A stretch of 64,000 bases of DNA from Anaerolineae bacterium (GTDB lineage Bacteria; Chloroflexota; Anaerolineae; DRVO01): NCBI GenBank assembly GCA_013178015.1, contig JABLXR010000014.1, positions 13,737 through 77,736 of the forward strand. Direction: 5' to 3'. A program made the position numbers and the translations under genes. Of the stretch, positions 19,706 to 30,545 are shown in pieces (the stretch's first letter is position 1; each line of letters begins with the position of its first letter). The notes below the pieces were generated by a model. It was not told the DNA's origin and searched no databases. It worked only from the letters and a program-made list of their open reading frames with translations.

Positions 19706-20404
19706 CTATACTTCGGCGTATTCGTCCACTGGTCGGGCTCGCGCCCGGGCAGGGCCCGGGACGGAGTCGCCGGCGGCCATCGCCGTGCGCGCCGCCCGCA
19801 GCGCGCTCCAGAGCAGATAGGCGGCCACGGCCAGCGATCCCAGCAGATCCACGTAGCCGGTGGCTCCGTGGGAGGGGGCGAGCGCCACCGCCGCCAGGGC
19901 GGTGATGACGCACAGGTCTACTAGGGCCTTGGCCCGGTACAGGTGACACTGGGCTTCGATCACCGAGCTGTACTGCTCGCGAGCCAGGCCGACGTAACGT
20001 CGCCAGAACCAAAGGTTGGTGACAAGTCCCATGCCGGCGATGGCCAGGCCCGGGTATACGTTGCCGCCCGGGCGGTAAGAGAGGCCGCGGGAGAGGGCGA
20101 GCGCCGACATCACTACGGCGGAGCAGCCCAAGGCGGCGGCCACGCTCAGGCCCGCCACCCTCTCCACCCGGGCTCGTGTGTGGGCGTCCAGCTCCCGGCC
20201 GCGGGCCAAGTAGCGGAACACCCGCCAGGAGATGAACAGAGCTATCAGCTCGACTGTGCGGCGGACGAAGTCGGCCAACTGGGTGGTAGAGCGGCTGGTG
20301 ATAACGGCGACGCCAGTGGCCAGTGGTGCCCAGGCGCTGAGGAGGACGGCCGCCAGCAGAGTGCGCTCGCGCCGGCAGACCTGGTTGTCGGGCAGGGAAT
20401 TCAT
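19706..20404 (-). CDS. Cation diffusion facilitator-like membrane protein (transmembrane domain only)
   Basis: Six hydrophobic segments with CDF-like spacing (ITSRSTTQLADF; GYVDLLGSLAVAAYLLWSA); ATG follows the upstream stop as TAG-A-ATG. Confidence 0.6.
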   Translation of the reverse strand: MNSLPDNQVCRRERTLLAAVLLSAWAPLATGVAVITSRSTTQLADFVRRTVELIALFISWRVFRYLARGRELDAHTRARVERVAGLSVAAALGCSAVVMSALALSRGLSYRPGGNVYPGLAIAGMGLVTNLWFWRRYVGLAREQYSSVIEAQCHLYRAKALVDLCVITALAAVALAPSHGATGYVDLLGSLAVAAYLLWSALRAARTAMAAGDSVPGPARARARPVDEYAEV

Positions 20405-20405
20405 T

Positions 20406-21152
20406 CTACCAGCCCAGAAGCGACAGCACGATGGCCAGGCGCCGGGTGACGGCTGCTGCCGCGAGGGGCACGGTGAGGGTATCGGTGCCTCGCCGGGAGA
20501 ACAGCTCCACAATCCCGCAGACCGGGGCCACGACGGTGGACATCACCAGGCTCACGTACCAGGGCTTCCCCGCATACAGCAGGAGGGTGTAGAAGAGAGC
20601 GGTGCCGGCCACCACCATCATAGCCCACAGGCCTTCGTGCGTCTTGGCGCCTTCGATGTACCGGGTGAGGAAGCGACGCCGGCCGAACCGCTTGCCGATC
20701 AGGGCGGCGGCGGCATCGCCGAAGCCCCACCCCATCACGGCCACCGCCACCACATAACGCCACTGAGGTCCCATGAGCCCCCAGTAGACAGAGATGAGGA
20801 TGGCAAAGGAGAGCTGCACGTAGAGGAGCTGCTTCCTCAGTTCCCCGCCGTGCTTCGTCCTGTCCACGAAGACCTCGAGATAGCGGGGGGTCTTCTCCAC
20901 CAACAGGAGGACGGGGTAGGCCAGGAGCACCAGGAGAAACGCAGCGCCAACTGCTACATACCAGGTGCTAAACAGGTTTAGCAGGATGAATACCGAGAGG
21001 CTATAGGCGATGTGCTGCATCTTGCGCACCAGCTCCGTGGGCGTCTTCGTCAGCACTTTGAGCAGTGTGGGCAAGAGCACCACTACGAGCAGGTAGTAAG
21101 CTAGCAGTGACCCGGCGGCGAGGATGTCACTCGTGGGAACAACGAAACTCAC
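20406..21152 (-). CDS. Phosphatidate cytidylyltransferase/dolichol kinase/phytol kinase-like membrane protein
   Basis: ELVRKMQHI, GWGFGDAAAALIGKRFG, KTHEG, E......DTLTVP; CAGGAG SD. Confidence 0.8.
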   Translation of the reverse strand: MSFVVPTSDILAAGSLLAYYLLVVVLLPTLLKVLTKTPTELVRKMQHIAYSLSVFILLNLFSTWYVAVGAAFLLVLLAYPVLLLVEKTPRYLEVFVDRTKHGGELRKQLLYVQLSFAILISVYWGLMGPQWRYVVAVAVMGWGFGDAAAALIGKRFGRRRFLTRYIEGAKTHEGLWAMMVVAGTALFYTLLLYAGKPWYVSLVMSTVVAPVCGIVELFSRRGTDTLTVPLAAAAVTRRLAIVLSLLGW

Positions 21153-21280
21153 GTACGTCTCCTGAATGCTGCGTCCCGCTGATTAGGCTTCGGTGCTTGC
21201 TCGGGCCTCGTCGCTGGGCGCCTGCGCGCCCGTCAGGATACCATCCGCCGGATCGGAAGGAAAGCCTGACTGCCGTGCTT

Positions 21281-21309
21281 TTGACAAGCTACTGCCGCAC
21301 CCATACAGT
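21281..21309 (+). promoter_or_regulatory. Sigma70-type promoter for the metX operon
   Basis: TTGACA-17 bp-TACAGT, ~95 nt upstream of the metX ATG. Confidence 0.7.
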
Positions 21310-21402
21310 ATTCTTTCAGGCAGATGCCAGCATCACCTGTGGAGCCGATCGGCGCCGACCCGGCCCGCGGCTCCACTGCCGTATGTAGAGGTACCGCTTC
21401 GC

Positions 21403-22551
21403 ATGGATGAGCGCAGCGTAGGTATCGTGCAAACGCAATACGTGCGTCTCTTCGAGCCGCCTAACGAGCTCAGGCTGGACAGCGGCGAGAAGCTGGGTCC
21501 CATCACAGTCGCCTACGAGACGTATGGGGAGTTGAACGCCGATCGCTCCAATGCCATCATGCTCTGCCACGCTCTCTCGGGCGACGCTCATGCCGCTGGT
21601 CGGCACAGCCCGGACGATGCCAAGCCTGGCTGGTGGGACGACATGGTGGGCCCGGGAAAGGGCTTCGATACCAGCCGCTACTTTGTGATCTGCGCCAATG
21701 TGATCGGCGGCTGTATGGGCACCACCGGCCCATCTTCCATCAACCCGCGCACGGGCCGGCCTTACGGCCTGGCTTTCCCTGTGGTCACGGTGGCGGACAT
21801 GGTGCGAGTGCACCGGGAACTCCTGCGACACCTGGGCATCGAATCCCTCCTCAGCGTGAGCGGTGGCAGTATGGGGGGCATGCAGGTGCTCCAGTGGGCG
21901 GTGGACTACCCCGACGTGGTCCGCAGCGCCATACCGATCGCCACCGCGGCCCAGCAGTCAGCCCAAGGCATCGCCTTCGACGTGGTGGGCCGACGGGCAA
22001 TCATGTCGGACCCGAAGTGGCGCGGCGGCAACTACTATGCCTTCAACGATCCGCCGGTGGACGGTCTGGCCCTGGCCCGCATGGTGGGGCACATCACCTA
22101 TCTGAGTGAGCTGTCCATGAGGCGGAAGTTCGGCCGCCGCCTGCAGGATCGGGAGCGCTACGGCTACGACTTCGCCACTGAGTTTCAGGTGGAGAGCTAT
22201 CTCTACTATCAGGGCGACAAGTTCACCGAGAGGTTCGATGCCAACACCTATCTCTACATAACCAAGGCCATAGACTACTTCGACCTCACCAACGGCAAGG
22301 CCTCTCTGGTAGAGGCGTTTCGGGGGGTGCGGGCCAAGTTCCTGGTGATCGCCTTCAGTTCGGACTGGCTCTACCTTCCCTCGCAGTCGCGGGAAATCGT
22401 GAGCGCTCTCAAGGCCAACGACGTGGACGTGTCCTACTGTGAGATCGAGTCCGACTACGGTCACGATGCCTTCCTGCTGGAAGTGGAAGAGCAGGAGAGC
22501 CTGATCCGCAACTTCCTGGCCGCCGTGGCGAGGGAGAGCGGCGTGACATGA
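21403..22551 (+). CDS. metX: Homoserine O-acetyltransferase
   Basis: [47 protein letters not shown]. Confidence 0.93.
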   Translation: MDERSVGIVQTQYVRLFEPPNELRLDSGEKLGPITVAYETYGELNADRSNAIMLCHALSGDAHAAGRHSPDDAKPGWWDDMVGPGKGFDTSRYFVICANVIGGCMGTTGPSSINPRTGRPYGLAFPVVTVADMVRVHRELLRHLGIESLLSVSGGSMGGMQVLQWAVDYPDVVRSAIPIATAAQQSAQGIAFDVVGRRAIMSDPKWRGGNYYAFNDPPVDGLALARMVGHITYLSELSMRRKFGRRLQDRERYGYDFATEFQVESYLYYQGDKFTERFDANTYLYITKAIDYFDLTNGKASLVEAFRGVRAKFLVIAFSSDWLYLPSQSREIVSALKANDVDVSYCEIESDYGHDAFLLEVEEQESLIRNFLAAVARESGVT

Positions 22552-23198
22552 GTGTAGCAGAGAGCACCGGGCAGGTTGGCGTACGCAGGCTGGACTACGA
22601 CGTCATCGTGGGGTTGGTGGAGCCTGGCTCCCGGGTGCTGGACCTGGGCTGCGGGGATGGCCTGCTGCTGTCCCGGCTCATCGCGGAAAAGGGCGCCCGC
22701 GGCGCCGGGGTGGAGATCTCCCAGGCGGGGGTGCAGGCGGCCATCGCCCGGGGGCTGAGCGTGGTTCAGGGCGACCTGGACCAGGGCCTGGCCGACTACC
22801 AGGACAAGTCCTTCGACTGGGTGATCCTGAATCAGACGCTGCAGTCACTGCTCAAGCCGGTGTTGGTGCTGGACGAGATGCTGCGGGTGGGTCGGCGCGC
22901 GATCGTGGGCTTCCCCAACTGCGGCTACTGGCAGGCTCGGCTGCAGCTGCTGCTCACAGGCCGCATGCCGTCCGACCGCAACCTCTCCTACCGGTGGTAC
23001 GATACCCCGGCTACTCGCCTTCTCACGATTAAGGACTTTCGTGCCTTCTGCGCCGAGCACGGCATCGCCATTCTGCGGGAGGTCTACCTGGGAGGGCAGA
23101 TGGGGGAGCGCCGACATCTGCTGCCCAACCTCCGCGCTGAGACGGGCATATTCGTGCTGGCAGGCGATGGCCGGCCGTCCGGGCGCCGGCTAGAGTGA
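22548..23198 (+). CDS. metW: Methionine biosynthesis protein MetW (SAM-dependent methyltransferase)
   Basis: [24 protein letters not shown]...Y.WYDTP; overlaps the metX stop. Confidence 0.88.
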   Translation: MSVAESTGQVGVRRLDYDVIVGLVEPGSRVLDLGCGDGLLLSRLIAEKGARGAGVEISQAGVQAAIARGLSVVQGDLDQGLADYQDKSFDWVILNQTLQSLLKPVLVLDEMLRVGRRAIVGFPNCGYWQARLQLLLTGRMPSDRNLSYRWYDTPATRLLTIKDFRAFCAEHGIAILREVYLGGQMGERRHLLPNLRAETGIFVLAGDGRPSGRRLE

Positions 23199-24469
23199 CG
23201 GCCTCGAGGGTTGGCCCTTCGCCGAGCACGTCTGGGTCTTCGGCCGGGACCGTGGACGTCACTCCGTGCCGGAACGGCACGCTGGACGCAGAGGCAGGTG
23301 CGAGGAGCCGAAGCTCGGCCCGCATGAAGGCGGTGCTGACCCTGGCACTGGGCCACGCATCGGCCGACTTCTACCCCGGTTACCTCCCCAGCGTGCTCCC
23401 CTACTTGATCGCCAAGCTGGGCTTCTCCCTCACCGTGGCTGGAGGGCTGGCCTCCCTGCAGTCGTTCGCCACCTCGCTCATCCAGCCGCTGCTGGGCTAT
23501 CTGGTGGACGCCCGGCGCCCTCGACCGTACGCGGCCTGGGGTTTGGTGGGTGCGACGGTGCTGTTCAGCCTGATGGGGCTGGCGCCCAACGGGTGGCTGC
23601 TTGCCGGCCTAATCGTGCTTGGTGGCTTCGGGGTGGCCCTGTATCACCCTCAGGGCGCAGCCATGGCTGCCATGCTTTCCGGCGGGAGGGCGGGCACCGC
23701 CATGTCGCTCTTCGCCACCGGGGGCAGCATCGGCCACGCGCTCGGTCCACTAGTGGCAGTGCTGGTGGTAGAGGCCTGGGGCCTGGAGAGCCTCGTGGTG
23801 CTGTCGGTGCCAGGGCTGGTGGTGGCCTGGCTGGTGCACCGGGCCATGCGCGTTCCGCTGGCGGAGATGGAATCCAGGCGGCGGCACGTGTCCCTGAGGG
23901 CGGCACTGGCGGGGGCGGGCTCGCAGCTGGTGCTGCTTCTGGCAGTCATGACTCTGCGGTCGGCCGCCTCGGTGGGGATAAGCACCATGCTGCCCATATA
24001 CCTGGAGGCCAAGGGGCTGGCCCTCGCCATCGGGGCTACGGCCATATTCGTGTTCCGCTTGGCCGGGGCGGTGGGAGTGTTCTTCGGCGGACCCTTGAGC
24101 GACCGGTTCGGGCGCCGGGAGGTGATCTGGGTATCGTTCGCCTTGGCGCTGCCTTTCCTGTACCTGTTCTTCAACAGCGACGGGGCGATGCGGTTGCTCC
24201 ACCTGGCGCTGGCGGCGGCGGTGCTTACCTCCAGCACCCCGGTCAACACCGTCATGGCCCAAGAGACCATCCCTCGCACCGCCGCCGTCGCCTCCGGGCT
24301 GATGATGGGAGTAGGCTGGGCCCTGGGGAGCCTAGCCGTGTTCGTGATCGGCTTCCTGGCCGACCGGGTGGGCATCGAGGCCGCTCTGCCGGCGACGACC
24401 ATGGTCCTGGTGGTGGCCGGCCTGGTATTGGCTCTGCTCGTGCCGCGCCGACCGCGTACTGCCCCCTGA
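23195..24469 (+). CDS. MFS transporter (Fsr/fosmidomycin-resistance type)
   Basis: GHASADFYPG, QPLLGYLVD, ALYHPQG, GGPLSDRFGRR; GTGA overlap with metW; alternative start 23324. Confidence 0.85.
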   Translation: MTASRVGPSPSTSGSSAGTVDVTPCRNGTLDAEAGARSRSSARMKAVLTLALGHASADFYPGYLPSVLPYLIAKLGFSLTVAGGLASLQSFATSLIQPLLGYLVDARRPRPYAAWGLVGATVLFSLMGLAPNGWLLAGLIVLGGFGVALYHPQGAAMAAMLSGGRAGTAMSLFATGGSIGHALGPLVAVLVVEAWGLESLVVLSVPGLVVAWLVHRAMRVPLAEMESRRRHVSLRAALAGAGSQLVLLLAVMTLRSAASVGISTMLPIYLEAKGLALAIGATAIFVFRLAGAVGVFFGGPLSDRFGRREVIWVSFALALPFLYLFFNSDGAMRLLHLALAAAVLTSSTPVNTVMAQETIPRTAAVASGLMMGVGWALGSLAVFVIGFLADRVGIEAALPATTMVLVVAGLVLALLVPRRPRTAP

Positions 24470-24668
24470 GAGACAGCCCCACTCCGCCAGCCGGCCTGGG
24501 CCAGTGGCGCGCGGCGCCTGTCTCTGGTGACGCTGCAGCTCCACCGCCGTCATGCTACAATCCCCTGAGTTAGGCGTTTGCACGGCTGGACGTGCGAAGA
24601 AGCAGCGGCTTGGTCGTCTGGCCGGTTCACAGAAGGGCGTGATCTGCCTCGATGGGGATGGTCTGTAC

Positions 24669-26339
24669 ATGGCACAACAAGCAAGAGACAACGAGCTCAT
24701 CATAACCCCCATAGGTGGCCTGGGCGAGATAGGCAAGAACATGATGGCCATCGAGTACGGGGGGGACATCATCATCATCGACTGCGGGGTGATGTTTCCC
24801 GAGAGCGACATGCTGGGCATTGACCTCGTCCTCCCCGACTACACCTTCATCCTGCCCAGGGCCGACCGCATCCGCGGGGTCATTCTGACCCACGGTCACG
24901 AGGACCACATCGGGGGTCTGCCCTACTTCCTGCGCAGTGTCAACGTGCCCGTCTATGGGAGCGATCTCACTCTGGGTCTGGTGAAGGTGCGCCTGCAGGA
25001 GCACCGCATGCTGAGCGTGGCCGAGCTGCACGAAGTCCGCATGGGAGACAAGGTGCGGCTGGGCGCCTTCGAGGTGGAGTTCTTCTCCGTCAATCACAGT
25101 ATCCCCGAGGGGCTGGGGCTCGCCATCCGGTGCCCCCTGGGGCTGGTGGTGCACAGCGGCGACTTCAAGTTCGACTATACCCCTGTCCAGGGGCGGGGCA
25201 CCGACTTCGTGAAGCTAGCCTCTCTGGGGGGAGAAGGGGTATTCGTGCTGCTGTCGGACAGTACCAACGCCGATACCCCCGGTTTCACCCCCTCGGAGAG
25301 GGTGGTAGCTGAGGCGCTTGGGGATGTGTTCCACGAGGCTGGCGGGCGCATCATTGTGGTGACTTTCGCCTCGCTGATCTCGCGCATCCAGCAGGTAGTG
25401 GACGCGGCTGTGCGCCACGGGCGCCGGGTGGCGATCACCGGTTTCAGCATGGAGAAGAACACTGTCATGGCCCAGGAACTGGGCTATTTGCGCATCCCCG
25501 AGGGCACGCTCATCGGGATCGAGGACATCGGGCAACTGCCCGACGATCAGGTGACCATCCTAGCCACCGGGAGCCAGGGCGAGCCTTCGGCGGCGCTGGC
25601 ACGGATGGCGGCCGGTCGCCATCCGCATGTGAGCTTGAAGCCGGGGGATACAGTGGTGCTATCGGCCCACCCCATCCCGGGCAACGAGGAAATGGTGCAC
25701 CGCATCATCAACCGCCTGTTCCAGCGCGGTGCCAACGTCATCACCGACCAGATGCTTCCCGTACACGTGTCCGGGCATGCCGGCCAGGAGGAGGAGAAGC
25801 TACTGCTTGCCATGACTCGGCCGCGCTACTTCGTGCCCATCCACGGCGAGCTTCGCCACCTGCACCTGCACGCCCGGACGGCCATCGAAATGGGCGTGCC
25901 CAGGGAGAACGTGTTCGTGGCCGAGAACGGCTACGAGCTCCACTTCACCGAGGAGCGAGGCTGGATAGGCGAGCGAATGCCCGGCGGCTATGTCTTCGTG
26001 GACGGCGCGGGCGTGGGCGACATCGGCCCGGCGGTCATGCGCAACCGGGCTGCCCTGGCGGAGGCAGGGGTGGTCGCCGTGTCGGTGCTCATGGACCAGA
26101 GCAGCGGACGCGTGGTCGGAGAGCCAGAGATCGTGTCGCGGGGCTTCGTCTATCTGCCCGAGTTCGGCGGTATCATAGACAGCGCTCGCCAGGTGCTGCT
26201 GCAGGACCTGAAGGAATCCCGCCCCACGGGCCGGGGCGCCATCGCCAACCGCATTCGCTCGGTGTTAGCTCGGCACTTCCACGAGCAGACCGGCCGCAAC
26301 CCGGTGATCCTCCCCCTGGTGCTGGTCTCCCCCGCGTAG
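24669..26339 (+). CDS. rnj: Ribonuclease J
   Basis: PIGGLGEIGKNM, THGHEDHIGG, SGDFKFD, LSDSTNA, HVSGHA, PIHGE. Confidence 0.95.
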   Translation: MAQQARDNELIITPIGGLGEIGKNMMAIEYGGDIIIIDCGVMFPESDMLGIDLVLPDYTFILPRADRIRGVILTHGHEDHIGGLPYFLRSVNVPVYGSDLTLGLVKVRLQEHRMLSVAELHEVRMGDKVRLGAFEVEFFSVNHSIPEGLGLAIRCPLGLVVHSGDFKFDYTPVQGRGTDFVKLASLGGEGVFVLLSDSTNADTPGFTPSERVVAEALGDVFHEAGGRIIVVTFASLISRIQQVVDAAVRHGRRVAITGFSMEKNTVMAQELGYLRIPEGTLIGIEDIGQLPDDQVTILATGSQGEPSAALARMAAGRHPHVSLKPGDTVVLSAHPIPGNEEMVHRIINRLFQRGANVITDQMLPVHVSGHAGQEEEKLLLAMTRPRYFVPIHGELRHLHLHARTAIEMGVPRENVFVAENGYELHFTEERGWIGERMPGGYVFVDGAGVGDIGPAVMRNRAALAEAGVVAVSVLMDQSSGRVVGEPEIVSRGFVYLPEFGGIIDSARQVLLQDLKESRPTGRGAIANRIRSVLARHFHEQTGRNPVILPLVLVSPA

Positions 26340-26416
26340 GCCCCATCACGGTAGGGCCAGGGCACGCGACGGCACTCCTCTGAGAGGGGCCCTGAGCTCG
26401 TGATCGCCAGCGTAGC

Positions 26417-26728
26417 AGCTCAGGATCGGGGGGACACATGGCCACCAGCGCCGCTGCTCAGGGCCTTCCCTGCGCTCGCACTAGGCGACCCAGCCCCGAC
26501 TGGACCGGAGGAACACCTTCCTTGGAGGAGTGCGCGCGCCCACGCGCGCTGTCCCCCCCAGTGCCTACCGCGCCTGGGGGCGCGGACTCCTCAGGAGGAG
26601 GCCGGAACCGGCCAGGATGCCAGCGCCTTGCCCTCCTAGCCAGCCGAGGAGCCTGCCGCGAAAGCCTGTGACGAAACCACCTGCGCGCGACTGCCGGCCG
26701 AACACACTCGTCCCCCTGATCCTGAGCT
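26417..26728. mobile_element. ~312-bp MITE-like element, copy 1
   Basis: Terminal inverted repeats AGCTCAGGATC(G/A)GGGG; clearly homologous along its length to 59028-59338; no transposase. Confidence 0.8.
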
Positions 26729-26871
26729 CGTGATCGCCAGCTAGCCCCCGGGGCTCCTGCCGTGTAGAATGCCGGGGCCGGTTTTCCATCGCCGCCCGGG
26801 CCAGGCGACCCTGCGACGTATCGAGAGCCGACATCCGGGCCCACACTACCACCGGGCACTGGTACCCGAAC

Positions 26872-28152
26872 ATGACGTTGCTTACCGAGTTGGAGCCTTG
26901 GTGGCGCTTTGCCGCCGTTCTGTTAGTAGGCGCGCTGATCGGCCTGGAGCGCGAGTTCATCCAGCAGCGCCAGCATGAGCGCGAGTTCGCGGGGATCCGA
27001 ACGTTCCCGCTTATAGCCATGCTGGGAGCCGGAGCCGCCTACCTGGAGGGCCGTGCCGGCGCCCTGGCCTACATCGCCGGGTTTGCGGCCCTGGCCTTGC
27101 TCGTCCTGGGCAGCTACGTGATCAGTGTCTACCGTGGGTCGGGGCATGGCATGACCACGCAGGTAGCGGCCCTGCTGTGCTACCAGTTCGGCGCTCTCAT
27201 AATCTGGGATTACGCCGAGCTCGGGGTGGCCCTGGGAGTGGTGACGGCGCTGGTGCTGGCCCTGAAGCCGCCCCTGCACGGTGCGGTGCGGCGTATGAGC
27301 GCGGAGGACCTGCGGGCCACTCTGGAGTTCGCCATCGTCGCTGCCGTGGTGCTGCCCATCCTGCCCAACCGCGCCCTCGATCCTCTCGGGGTGCTCAACC
27401 CTTTCTCCATCTGGCTGCTAGTGGTGTTCGTATCGGGTATCGGCTTCCTGGGGTATGTGCTCATGAAGGCTCTGGGAACCGAGCGAGGCATCGGCCTCAC
27501 CGCTGTCCTGGGTGGGGTGGTGAGCAGCACGGCCAGCACCCTGAGCTTCAGCAGCAGGAGCAAGAGCTCTCCGCGGCTCTCACCCACGCTGGCCTGGGGC
27601 ATTCTGTTCGCGTCCAGCATCATGTTCCCTCGCATCCTGGTGGAAGTGGCGGTGGTCCATCCCCCTCTTCTGGGCGCCGTGGCGGTGCCGCTGGGGGCCA
27701 TGTTCGCTGCCAGCCTGGGGATGGTCGCCTACCTGGCCTGGCGCAGACCGCAATTCCAGGACGGGCCTCAAGAGGAAGTGGAGGTGACCAACCCGCTCCG
27801 GCTGTCCACCGCAGTGGCCTTCGGCCTGGCCTTCGCGGTGGTGCTGGTGGTGGTGCGGGTGGCCCAGGATGTCTTCGGGTCGGCCGGCGTCTACGCCGCC
27901 GCCTCTCTGACGGGCCTCACGGGCGTAGATGCCATCACCCTGAGCATGGCCGAGCTGACGGCACTCGGCCAGGTGGCGCCCGACGTAGCCGCGGTGGCCA
28001 TCGTGCTGGCGGCCATCAGCAACACGACCGCGAAGGCGGTGCTGGCGGTGGCCTACGGGGCGCCACAACTGCGGCGAACAGTGTTGTTGGGCTTTGGCGT
28101 AGTGGTGGCGGTGGGGGTGATGGTGGGTGCCACCATCCTGGTATGGAAGTAG
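26872..28152 (+). CDS. MgtC/SapB family membrane protein with DUF4010 domain
   Basis: GALIGLERE, AGIRTFPLI, GMTTQVA, LPILPN, NPFSIW..VV..SGI, GGVVSSTAST, DAITLS. Confidence 0.9.
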   Translation: MTLLTELEPWWRFAAVLLVGALIGLEREFIQQRQHEREFAGIRTFPLIAMLGAGAAYLEGRAGALAYIAGFAALALLVLGSYVISVYRGSGHGMTTQVAALLCYQFGALIIWDYAELGVALGVVTALVLALKPPLHGAVRRMSAEDLRATLEFAIVAAVVLPILPNRALDPLGVLNPFSIWLLVVFVSGIGFLGYVLMKALGTERGIGLTAVLGGVVSSTASTLSFSSRSKSSPRLSPTLAWGILFASSIMFPRILVEVAVVHPPLLGAVAVPLGAMFAASLGMVAYLAWRRPQFQDGPQEEVEVTNPLRLSTAVAFGLAFAVVLVVVRVAQDVFGSAGVYAAASLTGLTGVDAITLSMAELTALGQVAPDVAAVAIVLAAISNTTAKAVLAVAYGAPQLRRTVLLGFGVVVAVGVMVGATILVWK

Positions 28153-28235
28153 GGCGGACTCCGCGTGGGCGCGGGATCGGCCCCGGGCCTCACCGCCATG
28201 GCGTGCGCCGGGAGTAGAGGCTAGAGGCAATCTCT

Positions 28236-30545
28236 ATGGAGCTGTCGCTTCTGGTGTTGGCAGGCCTCCTGGGCGCCGTCTTGGCGCCTAGCTTGTATCG
28301 CGTATCGCCTCGGCTGGGCCGGCTGGCAGCCATCGTCGTGCCGGGAGGGCTGACGGTCCGGCTTCTGGGGTTGGCAGGGGGAGCGGCCGCTGGCCTGCCG
28401 CCGGCGGTGTCCGTGCCGTGGGTGCCAAGCCTGGGCATTCGGTTCGCCTTGCGCCTGGACGGGCTGAGCCTGCTGTTCTCCCTCCTGATCGCGGGCATCG
28501 GGACGGCGGTGGTGGTCTACGCCGGGGGGTATCTCCCCGAGAGCCCGCGCCAGGGGCGCTTCTACGCTTACATCTTGGCCTTCATGGCTTCCATGCTAGG
28601 GGTGGTGCTAGCCGACGACCCCTTTCTTCTGTTCGTGTTCTGGGAGCTGACCAGCATCACCTCTTTCCTGCTGATCGGGTTCGACCACGAGCGCGAGGCG
28701 GCCCGGCAGGCCGCGCTCCAGGCGCTGCTCACCACCGGCTTCGGAGGGTTGGCCCTCTTGGCGGGCCTGGTGGTCCTGCAAAGCATCACCGGTCCGGCAA
28801 CGATCGCTGAGCTGGCGGGGCAGGCAGAGGCGATCCGCACTCACCCCTGGTACCCGGCGGCGCTGGTGCTGGTGCTGGTGGGAGCCTTCGCCAAGTTAGC
28901 CCAGTTTCCCTTCCACTTCTGGCTGCCCAACGCCATGGAGGCGCCCACGCCGGTGAGCGCCTACCTGCACTCCGCTACTATGGTCAAGGCAGGAGTCTAC
29001 CTCTTGGCGCGGCTGCTTCCGGCACTGGGCGGCACACCCCTCTGGCAGGGACTGGTGACCGGAGGAGGGGCGGTCACTCTCGTGGTGGGAGCGGTCCTCA
29101 CCATTCGACACACCGACCTGAAGGCGGTGCTGGCCTACGCCACCGTCAGTGCTCTCGGAGCCTTGGTGATGCTGGCGGGCATCGGCACCGAGGCTGCCAC
29201 CGTGGCCCTGGCCGTGTACGTATTGGGCCACGCCTTCTACAAAAGTGGTCTCTTCCTGGTCGCGGGAGTGGTGGATCACGAGACGGGTACCCGCGATCTG
29301 GCCCGGCTGGGAGGGCTGGCGCGGCCCCTGCCCCTGGTGGCGGTAGCTGGGGCCCTGGCAGCCCTGTCTATGGCCGGGGTGCCGCCGCTGCTGGGCTTCC
29401 TCAGCAAGGAGGCTCTGTACCAGGCCGCCTGGGACGTGCCTCAGTGGGCTCCCGCGGTGACGGCGGCGGTGGTGGTCGCTCACGTGCTCCTATTCACGGT
29501 TGCCATGCGAACGGGGTTGACGCCATTCTTGGGCCGCCGCCAGGAGACGCCCAGGGAGCCTCACGGTGCCTCACCGGCTCTGTGGCTGCCACCGGTGGTG
29601 CTGGCGATGCTGGGGGCGCTGCTCATGCTAGCACTGGAAGTGGTGGACCAGGGACTGGTATCGCCCGCTGCGTCGGCGCTGTTGGGTCAGCAGGTGAGGG
29701 CCGGGCTAGGGCTGTGGCATGGGCTGACCCCGGTGCTGGGGCTGAGCGCCCTGACCATCGCCCTCGGCCTAGGGCTGTTGGCGCTCTGGCCGCGGGTGGT
29801 TCGGGCCGTGGAGCCCATCCAGGCCGTATCGGCGATAGGACCGGCGCGCTGGTACGATGCCGCTCTCTCGGTCACAAATGCGGTGGCCCGGATTCAGACC
29901 GACGTACTGCAGAGCGGCTACCTGAGGCGGTACGTCCTCATCGTGCTCTCCACCACCGCGGCTTTGGTGGGATTCACCATGCTGACGCGAGGGTGGCAGT
30001 TAGGGCCGCTGTTGCCCGAGGATGTCCGGTTCTACGAGGTGGCCGTGGTACTGGTGATGCTGGCGGCGGCTTTGGGCGCGGTGCTGGCCCGCAGCCGGCT
30101 GGCGGCGGTTGCCTTCCTGGGGGTGGTGGGGTACGGGGTCAGTCTGATCTACGTCTGGTTCGGTGCCCCCGACCTGGCGATGACCCAGTTCATGGTGGAG
30201 ACCCTGGTGGTGATTCTGTTCGTCACCATCCTCTACCGCCTGCCGCCCTTCCCCGTCCTCTCCGCTCGGCGCACCAGGATACGGGATGCGGCCGTCGCCG
30301 TGGCGGCGGGAGGCACCATGGGAGCCCTGGCACTGATCGCCTCCGGCGTATCGTTGCCTACCCGCGTCAGCGACTTCCACGTGCTCTACTCGTACAGCCT
30401 GGCACACGGCCGCAACATGGTGAACGTCATCCTGGTGGACTTCCGGGCACTGGACACGCTGGGCGAGACCACGGTGCTTGCGACCGCGGCGCTGGGTGTG
30501 CTCTCTCTGCTCAGGCTGACGCTGGCAAGAGGTGGCAAACGATGA
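28236..30545 (+). CDS. mrpA: Mrp/Mnh Na+/H+ antiporter subunit A
   Basis: [64 protein letters not shown]. Confidence 0.95.
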   Translation: MELSLLVLAGLLGAVLAPSLYRVSPRLGRLAAIVVPGGLTVRLLGLAGGAAAGLPPAVSVPWVPSLGIRFALRLDGLSLLFSLLIAGIGTAVVVYAGGYLPESPRQGRFYAYILAFMASMLGVVLADDPFLLFVFWELTSITSFLLIGFDHEREAARQAALQALLTTGFGGLALLAGLVVLQSITGPATIAELAGQAEAIRTHPWYPAALVLVLVGAFAKLAQFPFHFWLPNAMEAPTPVSAYLHSATMVKAGVYLLARLLPALGGTPLWQGLVTGGGAVTLVVGAVLTIRHTDLKAVLAYATVSALGALVMLAGIGTEAATVALAVYVLGHAFYKSGLFLVAGVVDHETGTRDLARLGGLARPLPLVAVAGALAALSMAGVPPLLGFLSKEALYQAAWDVPQWAPAVTAAVVVAHVLLFTVAMRTGLTPFLGRRQETPREPHGASPALWLPPVVLAMLGALLMLALEVVDQGLVSPAASALLGQQVRAGLGLWHGLTPVLGLSALTIALGLGLLALWPRVVRAVEPIQAVSAIGPARWYDAALSVTNAVARIQTDVLQSGYLRRYVLIVLSTTAALVGFTMLTRGWQLGPLLPEDVRFYEVAVVLVMLAAALGAVLARSRLAAVAFLGVVGYGVSLIYVWFGAPDLAMTQFMVETLVVILFVTILYRLPPFPVLSARRTRIRDAAVAVAAGGTMGALALIASGVSLPTRVSDFHVLYSYSLAHGRNMVNVILVDFRALDTLGETTVLATAALGVLSLLRLTLARGGKR

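Noticed and set aside
21229-21270. SRP RNA-like CCCGTCAGG...GGAAGGAA
   Set aside because: Lacks the AGCAG strand and the correct helix-8 geometry; just a GTCAGG/CCTGAC hairpin.
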